Shown: one piece after another, positions 12,035-42,599 of the stretch
Numbering within the stretch: the stretch's first letter is position 1
Layout: the number at the start of each line of letters is the position of its first letter
Assembly (NCBI GenBank): GCA_951804945.1
Contig: OX638161.1
Location: forward strand, 36,580,001 to 36,644,000
DNA length: 64,000 nt
Direction of reading: 5' to 3'
Source: Podarcis cretensis
Lineage: Eukaryota
Notes under the pieces: generated by a model
What the model saw: the letters and a program-made list of their open reading frames with translations, nothing else
Database searches by the model: none
What the model was told of the DNA's origin: nothing
Position numbers and translations under genes: made by a program

Positions 12035-13949
12035 GGTGGATGTGTCTGGAAAGGGGGGGGGCAAACGAAAACAACATGCTGTGATTCTGGAACGTTCATA
12101 TATGAGCATTTACAATACAGTTGGAAGAAATTCATAGGCAATCCTGGTCCCCTATGAAAACAATGAAGTGACGTATCCAAAGCTGTCCATGCAATAGGAT
12201 TCTATCCTCCTCTTGTCTCCCTCACAGCTTCCTCCCCTTCCCCTAATTTGCTTTGTGGGGCTTGGGACTGCAAGGGAGCTAGAGAGAGGAGGAGAGGGAA
12301 GGTGTAAAAGTCTGCTGGGATCCCACAAGCAATTTATTGGGGTTTTTATTCCCTTTAAATTCAAATAATAATAAAAATTAAGAGGGAGAACTATGTATGC
12401 CACCTTGATCCCCTTGGAGGGGTGATAGGATACAACTGTTATAATTAAGAACTACTAAGGTGGTGTTACTCAGTGTCACTCACACAATATGAAATAAAAT
12501 GAAGTCTCTCTCACTGAAAAAATTCAGAGAAACGGCCGTCCCCCCCCCCCCCCCGTGCCACTTCAGCCAAACTGTGATTAGGCTAATCTATATGAAAGGA
12601 AGCCTTTCCTCAGACAAAAACGAGCATTTCAGAGTTGGGAGACTCCAAACGAACAGGCCGAGGTAAAATTCCTAGGCCTAACTGGGAGGATGGGCAGGTC
12701 AAGGCCTGGTTAGCATTAGAAATGGTTTTGTGGATTCTACATAAAGTTTAAAGACCGTCTCTTGGAAATACTGAAAATTTTAAATGCTCACCCCCCTATT
12801 TAATCAAAGCAAACAAGTTGGTGGCTATGGCCTTCAGGCCTGGCACATTGGTTTGTACAATTTTGTACAAATTTTTGTTTATCTTATTCAAAAAGCAAAG
12901 GGTGGCTAAAGGACTCTCACCAATTGCATCCTGGCAACCCCTCTGTGAGGTAGGCTGGGCTAAGTTCTGGCCAAAATTTCATGGCTGAGATGGGATTTGA
13001 ACTCGGGTCTCTCCCTGAAGTCTAACCACTACACAGTCCTGTCTCACTATGGCTTCTAAAGTGTGCAGAATCAGTAGGCTGGTCAGAAATAAAGATGCTT
13101 CTGGACGATGATTAGACATAGTTTTGAATTTTTGCGGGGCTGGGCATAGGAGCAATGGCCCCTTATGTCCTTTCTATATCATGCCAGTAGCAAGGGAACT
13201 GTGTATTCAGGCAGAACTGAGGGGAGTTTGAATTCAAGCAGCTCCCTAACAGCCAAAAAAAGTTGAGAGGCCTATCAAGAGAATGGCAAAATCTTCCCCA
13301 CAAACACAAACAACCTTAAATCGTAACCTCTGGACATCTGGAGGGAGTTATTTTTGGTTCCCAATGTTCATATGCTCTGCTTTTTAAAAAGAACAATGCT
13401 GTATTTATGTACTTTTAACTTTAAAGGTTTGCCTGTTTCCTACCTCCTCTTGAAAATTACTGCAATAAAAAATACGAATGCGGTCAAGCTTGGGAACCGT
13501 TTTATTATTATTTTTTTGTCCCATTTAAATGGAGAGCGTACCATGTTTTAAGTATCAAAACAACTAAGAGTATAACACTGTTTAATTTTATTTTTTAGGA
13601 AAATAACTGTAAATACATAAAACATTGATTTATCCCCTTCAGACGAAGCGGCTAAGGAAGTGGTGGGAAAGCAGGTAAATTATCTGATTTAGGGAAAGCT
13701 AAATAAATAAACAACAAACGAACTGGGGGTGGGAAAGTCCCCATGTCCAGGCCCAGATTACAGATTTCCTGTAGGGCAACACATCTCCTGCTATCATGTG
13801 TGCTGAAGATGAAGGTACATGAAGGGGAGAAAGAAGACGGGCAATGTTTATCCCCAGACCACGTAAAAAGCAATTGCCAAGTTTTCCTTAGTCAAACGCT
13901 CCCCACCCTGTAGGTCTTTCCTGCTAAAGCTACCCCACCCCACCCTTAC

Positions 13950-14013
13950 CCTCATTCCTTGCCTTTTTGCCACTCGACAGAGTTCCTTTTCCATTTTTTC
14001 AGCAAAACCCATT
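13950..14013 (-). other. Candidate 5' UTR exon of the tetraspanin gene containing upstream ATGs
   Basis: Acceptor gttttatttctacag| and donor GAGG|gtaagg; 64 nt. Confidence 0.5.
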
Positions 14014-14571
14014 CTGTAGAAATAAAACATAACCCACATTCCAGACCCACCTTCCCAATTCACGATCCAAACCTCCCCACCCGCCACCGTTCTGGATTTA
14101 ACAAGAATGTTAAATTCCAGGATCTGAACTGGTCGAAAATATATTCCTTACAGTAAAATAACCCATAAAATTGTGATGGGCTTTTAAAACGCACACCCAT
14201 TCCCGCTCTCCCTTAAATTATTTCCCTAAAGGGGGGGGGGACGAAATGGGAGAAAAGCAAAATAACATGAAAGGAGCCTTTAGATCTCTTTCTTTCGTCT
14301 TTCTTTCAACAAAGTACCAATACCTCTGGAGGAAAGTAACTAACTACAGCTGCCAAATTTCTCCCTGCCCCCCTGATCTTGCAGTAAGAGGCTTTGGGGT
14401 GGGCAGAATTAGTTCTATGGGACCCAGAAAAATATTGCAATACAGCAGAAATCATCCCCTCCCCCCAAGGAGGGAGTCTCCTCGGGCTTTTTATACCCAT
14501 CAAAATATCCCTGGTTCGACACATCCCTCCCCCCCCCCCCAATTATAAATACATTTCCGTGCGCCCCTCAC

Positions 14572-14666
14572 CTTGATCTCGGGGCAGGAGACTTTGGGGC
14601 GGGAGCGTGGATTTGGGGCGGGAGCCCCCTCCCAGACACCTAGACCTCTTCCAAGTTGCTTGTCCT
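14572..14666 (-). other. Candidate 5' UTR exon of the tetraspanin gene
   Basis: Long pyrimidine tract ending cccatcag| and donor CAAG|gtgagg; 95 nt, no ATG. Confidence 0.55.
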
Positions 14667-16053
14667 CTGATGGGATGCAGGATGGAAAGGGAGGGGGAGC
14701 AAATTCCAGCACGGGACAGGGGGAAGGAAATGGGAGGGGAGAAAGGGGGGCAGTAATGTGGGGCGTGTTTGAGACTATGGGGAGGAGTCCAGGGGGCTCT
14801 GGGAGGGAAACGGGTTTCTATTCGAGACAAAGACGTCCAGTCGGATTCGAACCCCCGTTCTTGTTTAAACAATCCCCCTCCCCCGCAAAAAAGGACAATG
14901 AAAAGCGACTCAGTTGTACCGCATTAACATCAGAAGCGTGTGGCTCAGGATTCTGTTCCATTCCTGTCTCGGTACCGCAAGTCCTATTGGACTCAATGAG
15001 ACTTACTTCGGAGTAGATTTGTATGGAATTGGAGAATAACTTCTCTTTCTGCTTTCCAGACGTTTCCAAATTATGCCCCCGCGGAAGGGAGGGAGTTAAA
15101 ACACGTTTGCAGAGACTGGATCTCAGGGTTCTGGGTTCCATCCCCACGTTGGGCAAAAAGATTCCTGCATTGCAAGGGGGATAAGCTAGATGACCCTCCG
15201 TGTCCCTCCCAAGTTTACAATTCTAAGTAAACGCCAACACAGGCTGCACGTGACAGCCTCAGATTTCCAACTCTGCTCAAAGCACTACCGAGAGCACCTC
15301 CTGTTGTGCAGGAGTAGTTTGCTCTGAGAGCAACTTCGGGAGTAAAGTACTTCGCTTCTGTACCTTCCACATTGCCAGCTTCCAAGTGGGTGTTTATTGT
15401 GGGTTTTGTGCTCCCCGTGCACACGGGTTTTCTCCAGCAGCGGTCACACGTCAAAATTCCAGCCCACCTCCATTCAATCCCGATTCACCCTTTCCACTGC
15501 CTGCACACCACAGGCGTTTAAAGAACAGTCTCTCCTTCAAAAGAATTCTGGGAGCCGTAGTTTGTTACGGGTGCTGGGAATTGTAGCGATGAGAGGGGTA
15601 AACTACAGTTCCCAGGTTTGTTTGGAGGAAGCCGTGCGCTTTGCAGTATGAAGACCGGCTTGCCATATGAAGACCCCCGTGTGGAAGACAGAACGTTTAT
15701 TGTCAAATAGCAGATGCGGGGAGCGGGGGCACAGCAAAGTAACGGGGCAGCGCTCCGGATTTCACAAGAGAGGACCTTTACCTCGGAATAAACCCCTGTT
15801 TGAGATGGTGGCTGTTATCAACCCCCCTGTATATATAAATATTCTACAATCTTTACAACAACCCTGTAAGGCAGGCCAGGTATCATTATCTCGGGGAGAG
15901 AGAATGCGCATCACTCTCAAAAATTTAAACCGCATACGCAAAAATTCCAAATTTGGGGGGCAAATGCCTTTATTTGCGCCAAGCAAAATGTATGAAATTA
16001 GCAAGCAAACTTCCGAGTTCTCCAGAATTCTTCCTCAGGCGGGATGTTACACA

Positions 16054-16100
<47 letters not shown>
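16054..16100 (+). repeat. (GAAA)n microsatellite
   Basis: Directly visible tandem repeat. Confidence 0.95.
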
Positions 16101-16179
16101 GGGCGGAGAGAAAGAAAAAAAACTTGGATAAAAGCAAAGATCCCGAGGATGTTATAACAACAAGATGACCCTCTTGCAG

Positions 16180-16700
16180 ATCGATGCCGCTTACGTATAA
16201 GTGGAAGAAATTTGGGCTCCGCTAGGAAGGGGCGGCGTCGCCGTCGGGGCTCCTCCTCCTGCTGCTGCTGCAGCTGCTGCCGCGGCGACGCTTGTGTCTC
16301 CCTCTTGCGGGCAGCGGAAGAAGCCAGCCCTCGGCCTCCCTGCTGCGCCAGAACCACGAGGGACCCCCGGGAGAGAGGAAGGCGGCCGAGGCCGAGGGGA
16401 AGGTGGGGAGCAGCGGGGAGAAGGAGAAGGGTCGGCCGGGGAGGAGGGAGAGGGGGAAAGATGGCCAATGGGAAGGGAGGGAGGTCTGGGGAGCGCCGAG
16501 CTGGCGGGAGAAGGCCGGGAGAAAGTGGATGTGTGGGGCCGGGGAGTGAGAGATCCGGGGAGGGCGAGGGCCGCCCCCACTTCCCGAAGGTGGAAGCAGG
16601 AATGGGGGAAGCGCTTAGGGGAGCGGAAGGCTGTTCGGGACGGCTCCAAAGGCACGAGAGGCAGAGATTCACCCGGTGAAGCTTGTAGAGAGAGTGGGGA
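16180..16700. promoter_or_regulatory. CpG island, probable bidirectional promoter for the tetraspanin (-) and POLR2L (+)
   Basis: High GC/CpG content, ETS motif CGGAAG at 16315-16320, minus-strand first-exon donor ATAC|gtaagc (exon end 16195), plus-strand candidate donor GAAG|gtgggg (exon end 16402) followed by G-runs. Confidence 0.8.
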
Positions 16701-17159
16701 AGACGCAGTAACAGAGGGAAGCAGCACCTGTTGAATTTCAGCCTTCCCTGAAGCTGTTTACAAGCGTAAAAGCCGGGGGTGAGGGCGTGGCCTTAACCTA
16801 AGAGGTGTGGGTCCCCCCCCCCGCCGATCGCCTTTGCAGCAAGAGTAGTTAACCCGTGGCTGGATGATGATGATGGGGGGGGGGGGGTCCTACGGCTTCC
16901 ATCACCTCTGGCCATTGGCCAGGCCAGCTGGGGTTGGTGGGAGCTGAAGTCCCCCACAATAAAATATTTGAGGGGCCGGGCGCCCCCAAAGTTGATGAGT
17001 ACTGTATTCCCATTCAAACGGTGTGGCTGCACTTCATCGTGTGATCAGTTATGTGGGGGCGGGACTTACCTGGACCCCCGCAATATTTTATTGAAGTTGG
17101 GGGCCCCTGCTGTAAACTAATGTTAACGGAGAAATTCCTGCAACACTAAGAGTATCTAG

Positions 17160-18268
<1,109 letters not shown>

Positions 18269-18326
18269 TAGCGTTGGCACCCTGGAACAGAGCCACAATG
18301 AGGCTGGAAGACACCACACCCCCGTG

Positions 18327-18333
18327 GATAGAT

Positions 18334-18372
<39 letters not shown>
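18327..18372 (+). repeat. (GATA)n microsatellite in the POLR2L 3' UTR
   Basis: Directly visible, between the stop codon and AATAAA. Confidence 0.95.
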
Positions 18373-18373
<1 letters not shown>

Positions 18374-19794
18374 TCTGTCTTCAGATTATATCTAAACCAG
18401 GCACCTCCCACTGGAGGGTGCTGTTGTGCAATGGAAGGATTCTGTCTCATTCTGTGATGTGCAATAAAGAACATGGTGCATAGGAGCACATGTGCTGTGT
18501 TCCCAAAAGAATGATACACACAAATTTACTCTTGTGTTGTTTTCCGTGGGGTTTTTGGGGTGGGGTGGGGTTGAGCAAAATGATCTTTGGTATTTTGTGA
18601 AATATGCTTGTAGAGTAGATTTTACTTTTGATTTTGTCTTCAATGCTGCCTTCCTCAGGATTTTTATTTTGAATGAAAGGAGAAACATACTTCATTATGT
18701 TTGGAGTGGTTTATGCAGCCTTGTTTCCCCGCATATAGGCTTGCCCAGCTTTTTGGAACAATCTTGTGAGATTTGATTAGAACTAGTGTTAAATCAGAAC
18801 AGACAGTACTCTGAACAGCAAATTATTGAAGCAGGCTTTCCAACAGAACATAGAGAGAATGATTTCAGGAGACGTGCCCTTCCAAGAACCATGGGTCCCA
18901 GATTTCCTCAGAAGCACCGTTCTCCTTAAAAACAAGAATGCCCCCGAGATTACAGGAGCCAAGATTTACAGGCCCCAGGAACATAATACACACAACCCCT
19001 TCTTGTGCGGTTCAAGAGGTTGCAAATGTTTTACTCAGGGTCTGTGTTGCTTTTTGGAGAGGCACAGCAGTCTGGTGTCTTTAGGATATATAGTTTATTT
19101 AAACATATATGCAAACTGTGGCTACTGTGAACCCAGTGTTGATTGCACAGAATTATGGATGTATGGCACACAACTGATTTAATTGGACTTCATGCATGCT
19201 AACTAAAGGATTAGCAGGGACCAGCTACCACCTCCAAGGAAATTGGCTTTGACGCCACCAAACTTCAAACAAATTTTGGTCTCTTGAATGTATGGACCCC
19301 ACTTTAGGGCAGGCAGTAGCTCAGAACTTGCCGGTGTGACAGCCAAGGCTGCCAGTGTGCCTCCAAGTACCTCTTACAACACCTGCAAAAGGGATCAGTG
19401 AATACCCCCTCAAAAACCGATACGAGAGGCTGTTTGCTGTTCCTGCTCAGTTTGTGTTTCCACCGACATAGCCTTTCCTCCACCTGCGTTTCGTTGGCTG
19501 CAAGAACGGGACACCGGCCCTCGCCTCCATTTTGTTCCCGTCTCTTAAATGTGGCAGCCATTTTGTGTTCTCCCCATAACCATTTTGTGACTGCTGCCTA
19601 CTGGTCCACAAAGGTTGGCAACCACTACCAGACTAGCTGAAGCCTAGTTCGATAAGTGATGCCTATTGAACAGGAATTAGTACTGGAAGTAGGCACAGGT
19701 AAAACGTCCATTTATATAAATTAGCATGGCCACACATAAACCTTCCAGAGCTTTCAGAATCCACTTTTAGTGGTGCAGAAGTTAAGCTCAAGAC

Positions 19795-20022
19795 CAGGGG
19801 TCAACAACCTTTCTCAGCAGGGGGTCGGTTCATTGTCCCTCAGGGAGGAAAAAAGAAAATGAATGAATTCCTATGCCCCACAAATAACCCAGAGATGCAT
19901 TTTAAATAAAAGGGCACATTCTACTCATGTAAAAACATGCTGGTTCCTGGACCATCTGTGGGCCGGATTTAGAAGGCGATTGGGTCGCATCCAGCCCCCA
20001 GGCCTTAGTTTGCCTACCCATG
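19795..20022. mobile_element. hAT-type non-autonomous DNA transposon
   Basis: Ends caggggtcaacaacct / agtttgcctacccatg; 8-bp TSD ctcaagac (19787-19794) / ctcaggac (20023-20030). Confidence 0.7.
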
Positions 20023-21866
20023 CTCAGGACCACCAAAGCCAATTCAGTGTTTAGGTTAGAATCTCTAGGAGCAAGGGCTTCATGTGTCATTCAGGTTTCC
20101 AGATTCAGTGATGCACAACAGCAAAATACCATTGAAACTGCTGGTGCTGGCGGAGTACTGAGGCTTGTTCCAGGCCTGGGTGATATATTAATATATCATC
20201 CAGGACCGGTATGAGCAGACTGTGATGTTGGCTTCACCCAGCAGTCTATTGCTGGCGAAACCACCACTTCAGAGTCCCTCTACTAGCGACTTCCTCCAGC
20301 GAGTGTTTGTGAAACCACCATCCCATTCTGCCCTCATAGTGCATAGAGGGAGAAAAAATCTGCATCAGCGCTGATACAGCTTGTTTCTCCCTCTGCATCT
20401 TTTAACTGCTCAGCTGAGTGTGCAGTTGCTGCTCCCCTCCAAGCAATTAAAGGATCCCCCAGACTAGTGGGGGGAGCACCAAGGATGGCAGCTCTGCCGG
20501 TGATTGGCTGAAAGTTGCGGCAATTTCACCTGTTGCCTTGCAGACTGAGGCCAATGCAGCTTGTTTCTGAACCTGCCTAGGCACCAGAGTTGAGGATAGG
20601 CCCAGTCTACCAGCCTGCCTTTACTAGACTCAAAAACAGGAAGCTAGATTAGGCTACACTTTGTTACAGGCAGAGGTCTAAACATTGCCTGCTTAGCTAA
20701 TCATTTTACCTTGAAATGCCAGAGAATAAATGTGGTAGCTCCTGCATGCAAATTATGAGTGCAAGAAGTTCCCTTATACAAAGGCAATATCTAGTGCTGT
20801 ACTGTCCACATGGACTGGCTGTGGTTCTGAGAGTCCTTCCCAGCCCTGTACTTGGGGATGCCAGGTACCTCCTGGAAGCACTCTAGCACTAAGATATGGT
20901 GAAGGCACCTGCCAGTTCATAATTCCCTCCAGGTCCAAATTACAGCCTTCTTTGCAGCCGGAACTGCCTTCTTCAAAAAGGGGAACACAGCATGGTTCAT
21001 CACCTCAGTGATGTTTCACGTAAAGAAGCAGATCTCTGTAAAGCACGCCTTAACAGCTTTGATCAAAATTATACCCTAGGGAAGTCTCCACGGCCCCTTT
21101 TGTTCAGCCTCCTTCACACCCCTGGCAGAGACCCATAGAACAAAAAACCATGTGCCTACATTGGTCAAGAAAATCTGGTTTTGTCAATACCTTCACTACA
21201 CCAACCATTCCCACCAGCGTGCACACTATTTTGTGATCTTTCGATGGGCCTAATAAAGGTACTGTCCTTTTGTGAATTTGAGGTGAGGGAGACATTCCTG
21301 TGTCCAGCTCTTCTGGCACTTTAAACTGGAGTTTTGGTACCTGCATCCAAGGTGCAGTGTCGGCTCCCAACCACAGGACCAGCATTCGTCCCCTGATCCA
21401 AATTCTTCCCCTCCATCTTAAAATCAAGGAATAGCTGGGCATGCAGTTAACCTTCTTGATAATCTAGGCTCCCCACTTAAAACACGATTTGTAACAAGAA
21501 TCTGAAGACACTGCTGGTGCAATTGGGTCCGAGAACAATCCACTTGCCCGTCCCATTGGCTTCTGTACCTGGTAATGGGAACGAGGGGCCTTGTTCTCCA
21601 TCTCCAGTAACATGTCTTGGGATGGCTCTGTAGAGAACACCACTGTATCTGTAACTAGTCCGAAGCCACAGTGTTATGGAACAGAAGCATGTCTTCCTCA
21701 ATAACCTCATTTTTGTGTGTGTGGCTGTAAGTTCTGCCTTGTGAGGTTCGACAGCTGGTTCGAGAGTCCTACACCTTACATTGTTTGTTTGGGGTAGCGA
21801 GGAGAGACAAGCAGTGAGGCTGGGCCCAAGGAAAGGGCCCCTCTCCAAATGCAACCCTAAGGCCAT

Positions 21867-21914
<48 letters not shown>

Positions 21915-21916
21915 CA
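21867..21916 (+). repeat. (CAGG)n microsatellite
   Basis: Directly visible, just downstream of the PRMT1 polyA signal. Confidence 0.95.
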
Positions 21917-21957
21917 AGCAAGCAATATGTTTGAGTAAAAGAGGTGGTTTCAACTTC

Positions 21958-21963
21958 TTTATT
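21958..21963 (-). terminator. Candidate PRMT1 polyadenylation signal AATAAA
   Basis: tttatt on the plus strand, about 850 nt past the PRMT1 stop. Confidence 0.65.
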
Positions 21964-22812
21964 ATTATTTTTTCCCTCATGAATGTAACCATATAAAAAC
22001 CATAAGTTATGAAACAGTCACACGATGTCAGCTTTCGAAGGGGCAAGGGATTTAAAAAAGAAAAAGAAAAACCCCACACAACTCCCTCCCACAGATCCAA
22101 ACAGGGAATTGTTAAGGGGGGGGGGAGTACAAAACCGTCAGTGGGGAAAAAAACTTAACACTCACAAAATGGAGATGCCTTTTCCACCCACACCCCTCCA
22201 CGTGACCTCTTGATAAAAACCTGTTGGGAACCCCCACCCCCATTTGGGCACTGGATAGAAGTGTACCCTTCAAAAAACTGAGCAGCGTTTACACTGGAGC
22301 AGAGGATAGTGTCAGGAGCAGTTACTCCAGAAAACAGGGCAAGAGGAGGGACAAGGATCCTGGGCAACACAGTTTGGCAGGTGATACCAACAATGATTTA
22401 ACTAACCAAAGAAAAATTATAATTATTTTTAAAAAACAAATTCATGATGGAAGTCTGCTGTCGGCACTCGGGCCTCAGAACAAACGGACGGATGGACAAA
22501 CCACCTGTGTCTTCAGTTGTGCTAACAGCCTTGGCTCCTGGCCTGGAGGAGGGAAGGTTGGTTGTGGGTGGGGAAGGAAGATTTGAAAATGAGGAGCAAC
22601 AGGGTTGAGGGGGGGTCTTGGCTATTTCCCCCTAGCCTCTAATACTGACCCCTCCCCTTGCTGGCCCAGAGTCGCAGCAACAAGGAACTACACAATGAAA
22701 TGAATTAGTGAGACACCAACTTAAACAGGACGACAGGGAGGGTTAGCTCTGGGTTGCAAGGTCAGTTGGAGGAGGAGGAGGAGAAAAAAAAATCTGGCAA
22801 GGGGTGGCTGGG

Positions 22813-39917
<17,105 letters not shown>

Positions 39918-39919
39918 CT

Positions 39920-41260
39920 TGTGAATGAGACACAGAAAGAGAGAAGCACTGGCTCGGCTCCCCCAGCCTTGCTGAGCGGAGGGGAGGGGACTGGGCAGCC
40001 CATTGGGCGGAGCCGTTGTCATTCAAGGAGCATGGGCGGGAAAGGAAGTAAAGCCCGCCTCTGGATTTTCATAGGCTGACCGGGTCTCGGACAGTCAGAA
40101 GGAGGAATAGCTGTCTATCAACCGACGCTCAATCCCCATTGGACCAACTTGGAGAGGCAGAGCGGGTTCTTGGTCGGTCGTTTGCGCGCGCGCGCGCGCT
40201 GAGCTCTCCCAGAGGCTAAAGATCCAAAGGAGCGGGAGGGGAAGTTGTCCGTCAGCGCTGGGGGCGTTGCTTCCACTCCATGAGTTTTAAATGCCATTAG
40301 ATGAGGTGGGGAAATGGCCGTCAATCGTAGCAGGGAGGCGGTTTTTAGCAGCGATGGAGGAATAGCTATCGGTGTACCTAAGCGTCATTCAAAGATAAAG
40401 GCCTCCGTCTTCTCCATAGCTATTGGTTCTTCTCTTCGTCCCACCTTCTCAAACGTGGAAGCTATTGGTTCATTTAAGTGGCAATCAAATAAGAGCGTTC
40501 GCGTTCAAATTCAGTCGCTTCAGATAATTTGACACGAGGGAAACGTGACAAAGGAAAAGGAAGAGCGGGATCACGAAAAGGAATCCACATTCTGAATGAG
40601 AAACTCCAGCAGCACAGAGTGAAAGCTGGATGGCTTAAGGAATTAGGAGACAGCCGTCCTGAAAAACTGAATATTGGATCGATTGGCTGAGATGAGGAAG
40701 AGACCGCCTATAAAGTGACTCTCTAATGGCCATTGGCCGCCTTGGGAGTCACTCACATTTAAATCCCCACATAGCGCCCTTCATTCACTTACTGGCGGAT
40801 CTCTATGACAATGATTGGCGGGAACGATTATAAAACGATTTAAAAGTTGTAATGCTTCATGGCCAAGGTCAAATTCTATTTGAGAATGGCAAGATATCAC
40901 TTAGGGATTAGCAACAGCCCTTTCTCTTCAACAGAAGCGCTTATTGGGCGAGCTCGTTGTCAATTTAACAGCTATCATGTTTGATTGGGTACTTTTGTTA
41001 ACGTTCATAAAGCGCAAACTGTCTGTATCCAACAAATACAGGCCTCCTTGATTAGTGTCAGGCCTATATGGGCCGCGCCATTACCAGCCTGGGAATTCTT
41101 TCGTGAAAGCTCATTGGTCGAAGCCCTAATGAGATCCTATTGGTCAAGAAGGGTGCCATTGACAATGTGAGGTTATGCACGTGTCCCTGTAGCTCCGTCC
41201 GTCCCTTTTTCTACGTATCGCAGTGAGGAATAATTCAGCACGTTACATGGTAACAGTAAA
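39920..41260 (-). promoter_or_regulatory. PRMT1 promoter / CpG-rich region with CCAAT array
   Basis: YY1-like AAGATGGCGG overlapping the ATG, GC boxes, (GC)8 at 40184-40199, 12 ATTGG motifs between 40002 and 41143, X-box-like palindrome at 41242-41254. Confidence 0.8.
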
Positions 41261-42599
41261 TTGTTCAAATCTGACAAGCTCTCACCAAACCGGAATCTGA
41301 ACAGTGAATTTAGAGAACACATAACAGATACTAACGAATCTGACCCCAAGAGGCTCAGGCCAATTCAGAGGGAAATGTTTTGTGTGTGTTTGTGAGTTTA
41401 ACAGTGGTTGAACCTCCAACACTTTCCTCCTGTGTCTTTCTCTCTTTTTAATCACAAGTCACTGAAGTTTTTCTAGGCAGATATCAGACAGTCACTATCC
41501 CTTATCCTAATCTACCTCACAAGGTTGTTGTGTTCATAAAATGGGACAGGTACGCACCCATGAGCTCCTTAATGGAAGGAAAGGAAAGATAATACTGTAA
41601 AAAATTAATATCCTATCTACATTGTAAATCCTGCTGAGCTTAATGAGGCTTACTCCGAAAAACAGTGTTGCTACCTTAAGGATTTCTTGAATTGAGCCAG
41701 ATTGCCAAGAGAACTGTTTTGGGTGCCTCTCTTCATCCAAAATCCCCTGTTCAGAGAGTCCTGCCAACACCCAAGATCCAGCAACTTCCGAAGTGTTGCA
41801 AGACCCATGTGTCTCACTTTGGAAGGTTAAACTAGCACATGGGTTAAGATATTTCAACAAAATGATGCAATCTATTTTTTATTCATTTGTAATATTTCGT
41901 TTTATGCCTTTTAGTTGCTTCCCACTGATAACCTGTTTTTGCAATCCCAGACAGGCAGCAAAGTTTACTTTACCTCAGTGGGCTGTCATACACAGCTGGT
42001 AAACAGGATTCAGCCTAGTTGATCAAAAGTTGTGCAGCCCTAATTACTTTCCCCCTCTCACTTCAGGCTCTCAGAGCTCCTTACAAAGATCAGTAGTAAG
42101 ATGCGTGATACAAAAGGAATTGGGAGGAAGAAGGAAGATGTTAATTAGTCCATAATCTCCTTTCACCCTGATTATCCATCATTATCCCAACATCTATTCC
42201 ATAATCTCCTTTTACCTGATTCTGTCATTAGCCCCATATTTTACACCACAATCTCACTTTAACCCTCAAACCACCCCACTCTGCTTTTACTCAAATTCTC
42301 CATTGTTATATCCCACAATCTCCTTCTCTATCATTACCCCACACTCACCTTCAACCAGACTTTCTCCTTTTGCCCCACAGTGTGTCCTCAAGCTCTCTTT
42401 TTCTCTATAATTATTCTGCATAATTGCCTCCTATATTTTTCCTGGAACCCCCTTTCGCCCCTGATTCTCCCTGTACCCATATTCTATGCACCCCCCCCCA
42501 CCTTTCCCATTCGGCTTTCTCCTTCCATCGCCAATGCAACCCCTCTTCCCTTTCACTGCCGACACTTCCCCTTTAAGACCTTGCAACAACCTCTCTTCC

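Noticed and set aside
14975-15010. Apparent minus-strand donor gtaagt at 15006-15001
   Set aside because: It is part of a short palindromic repeat (aagtcctattggactcaatgagactt) resembling a common reptile element, and no clear upstream acceptor was found.
15998-16734. Several long overlapping ORFs (155-224 aa) on both strands
   Set aside because: They arise from stop-codon scarcity in the GC-rich CpG island; low-complexity translations, mostly non-ATG starts, no recognisable domain.
21477-22100. 207-aa minus-strand ORF
   Set aside because: Runs through the PRMT1 3' end and a (CAGG)n repeat (ACLP repeats); no homology or convincing exon structure.
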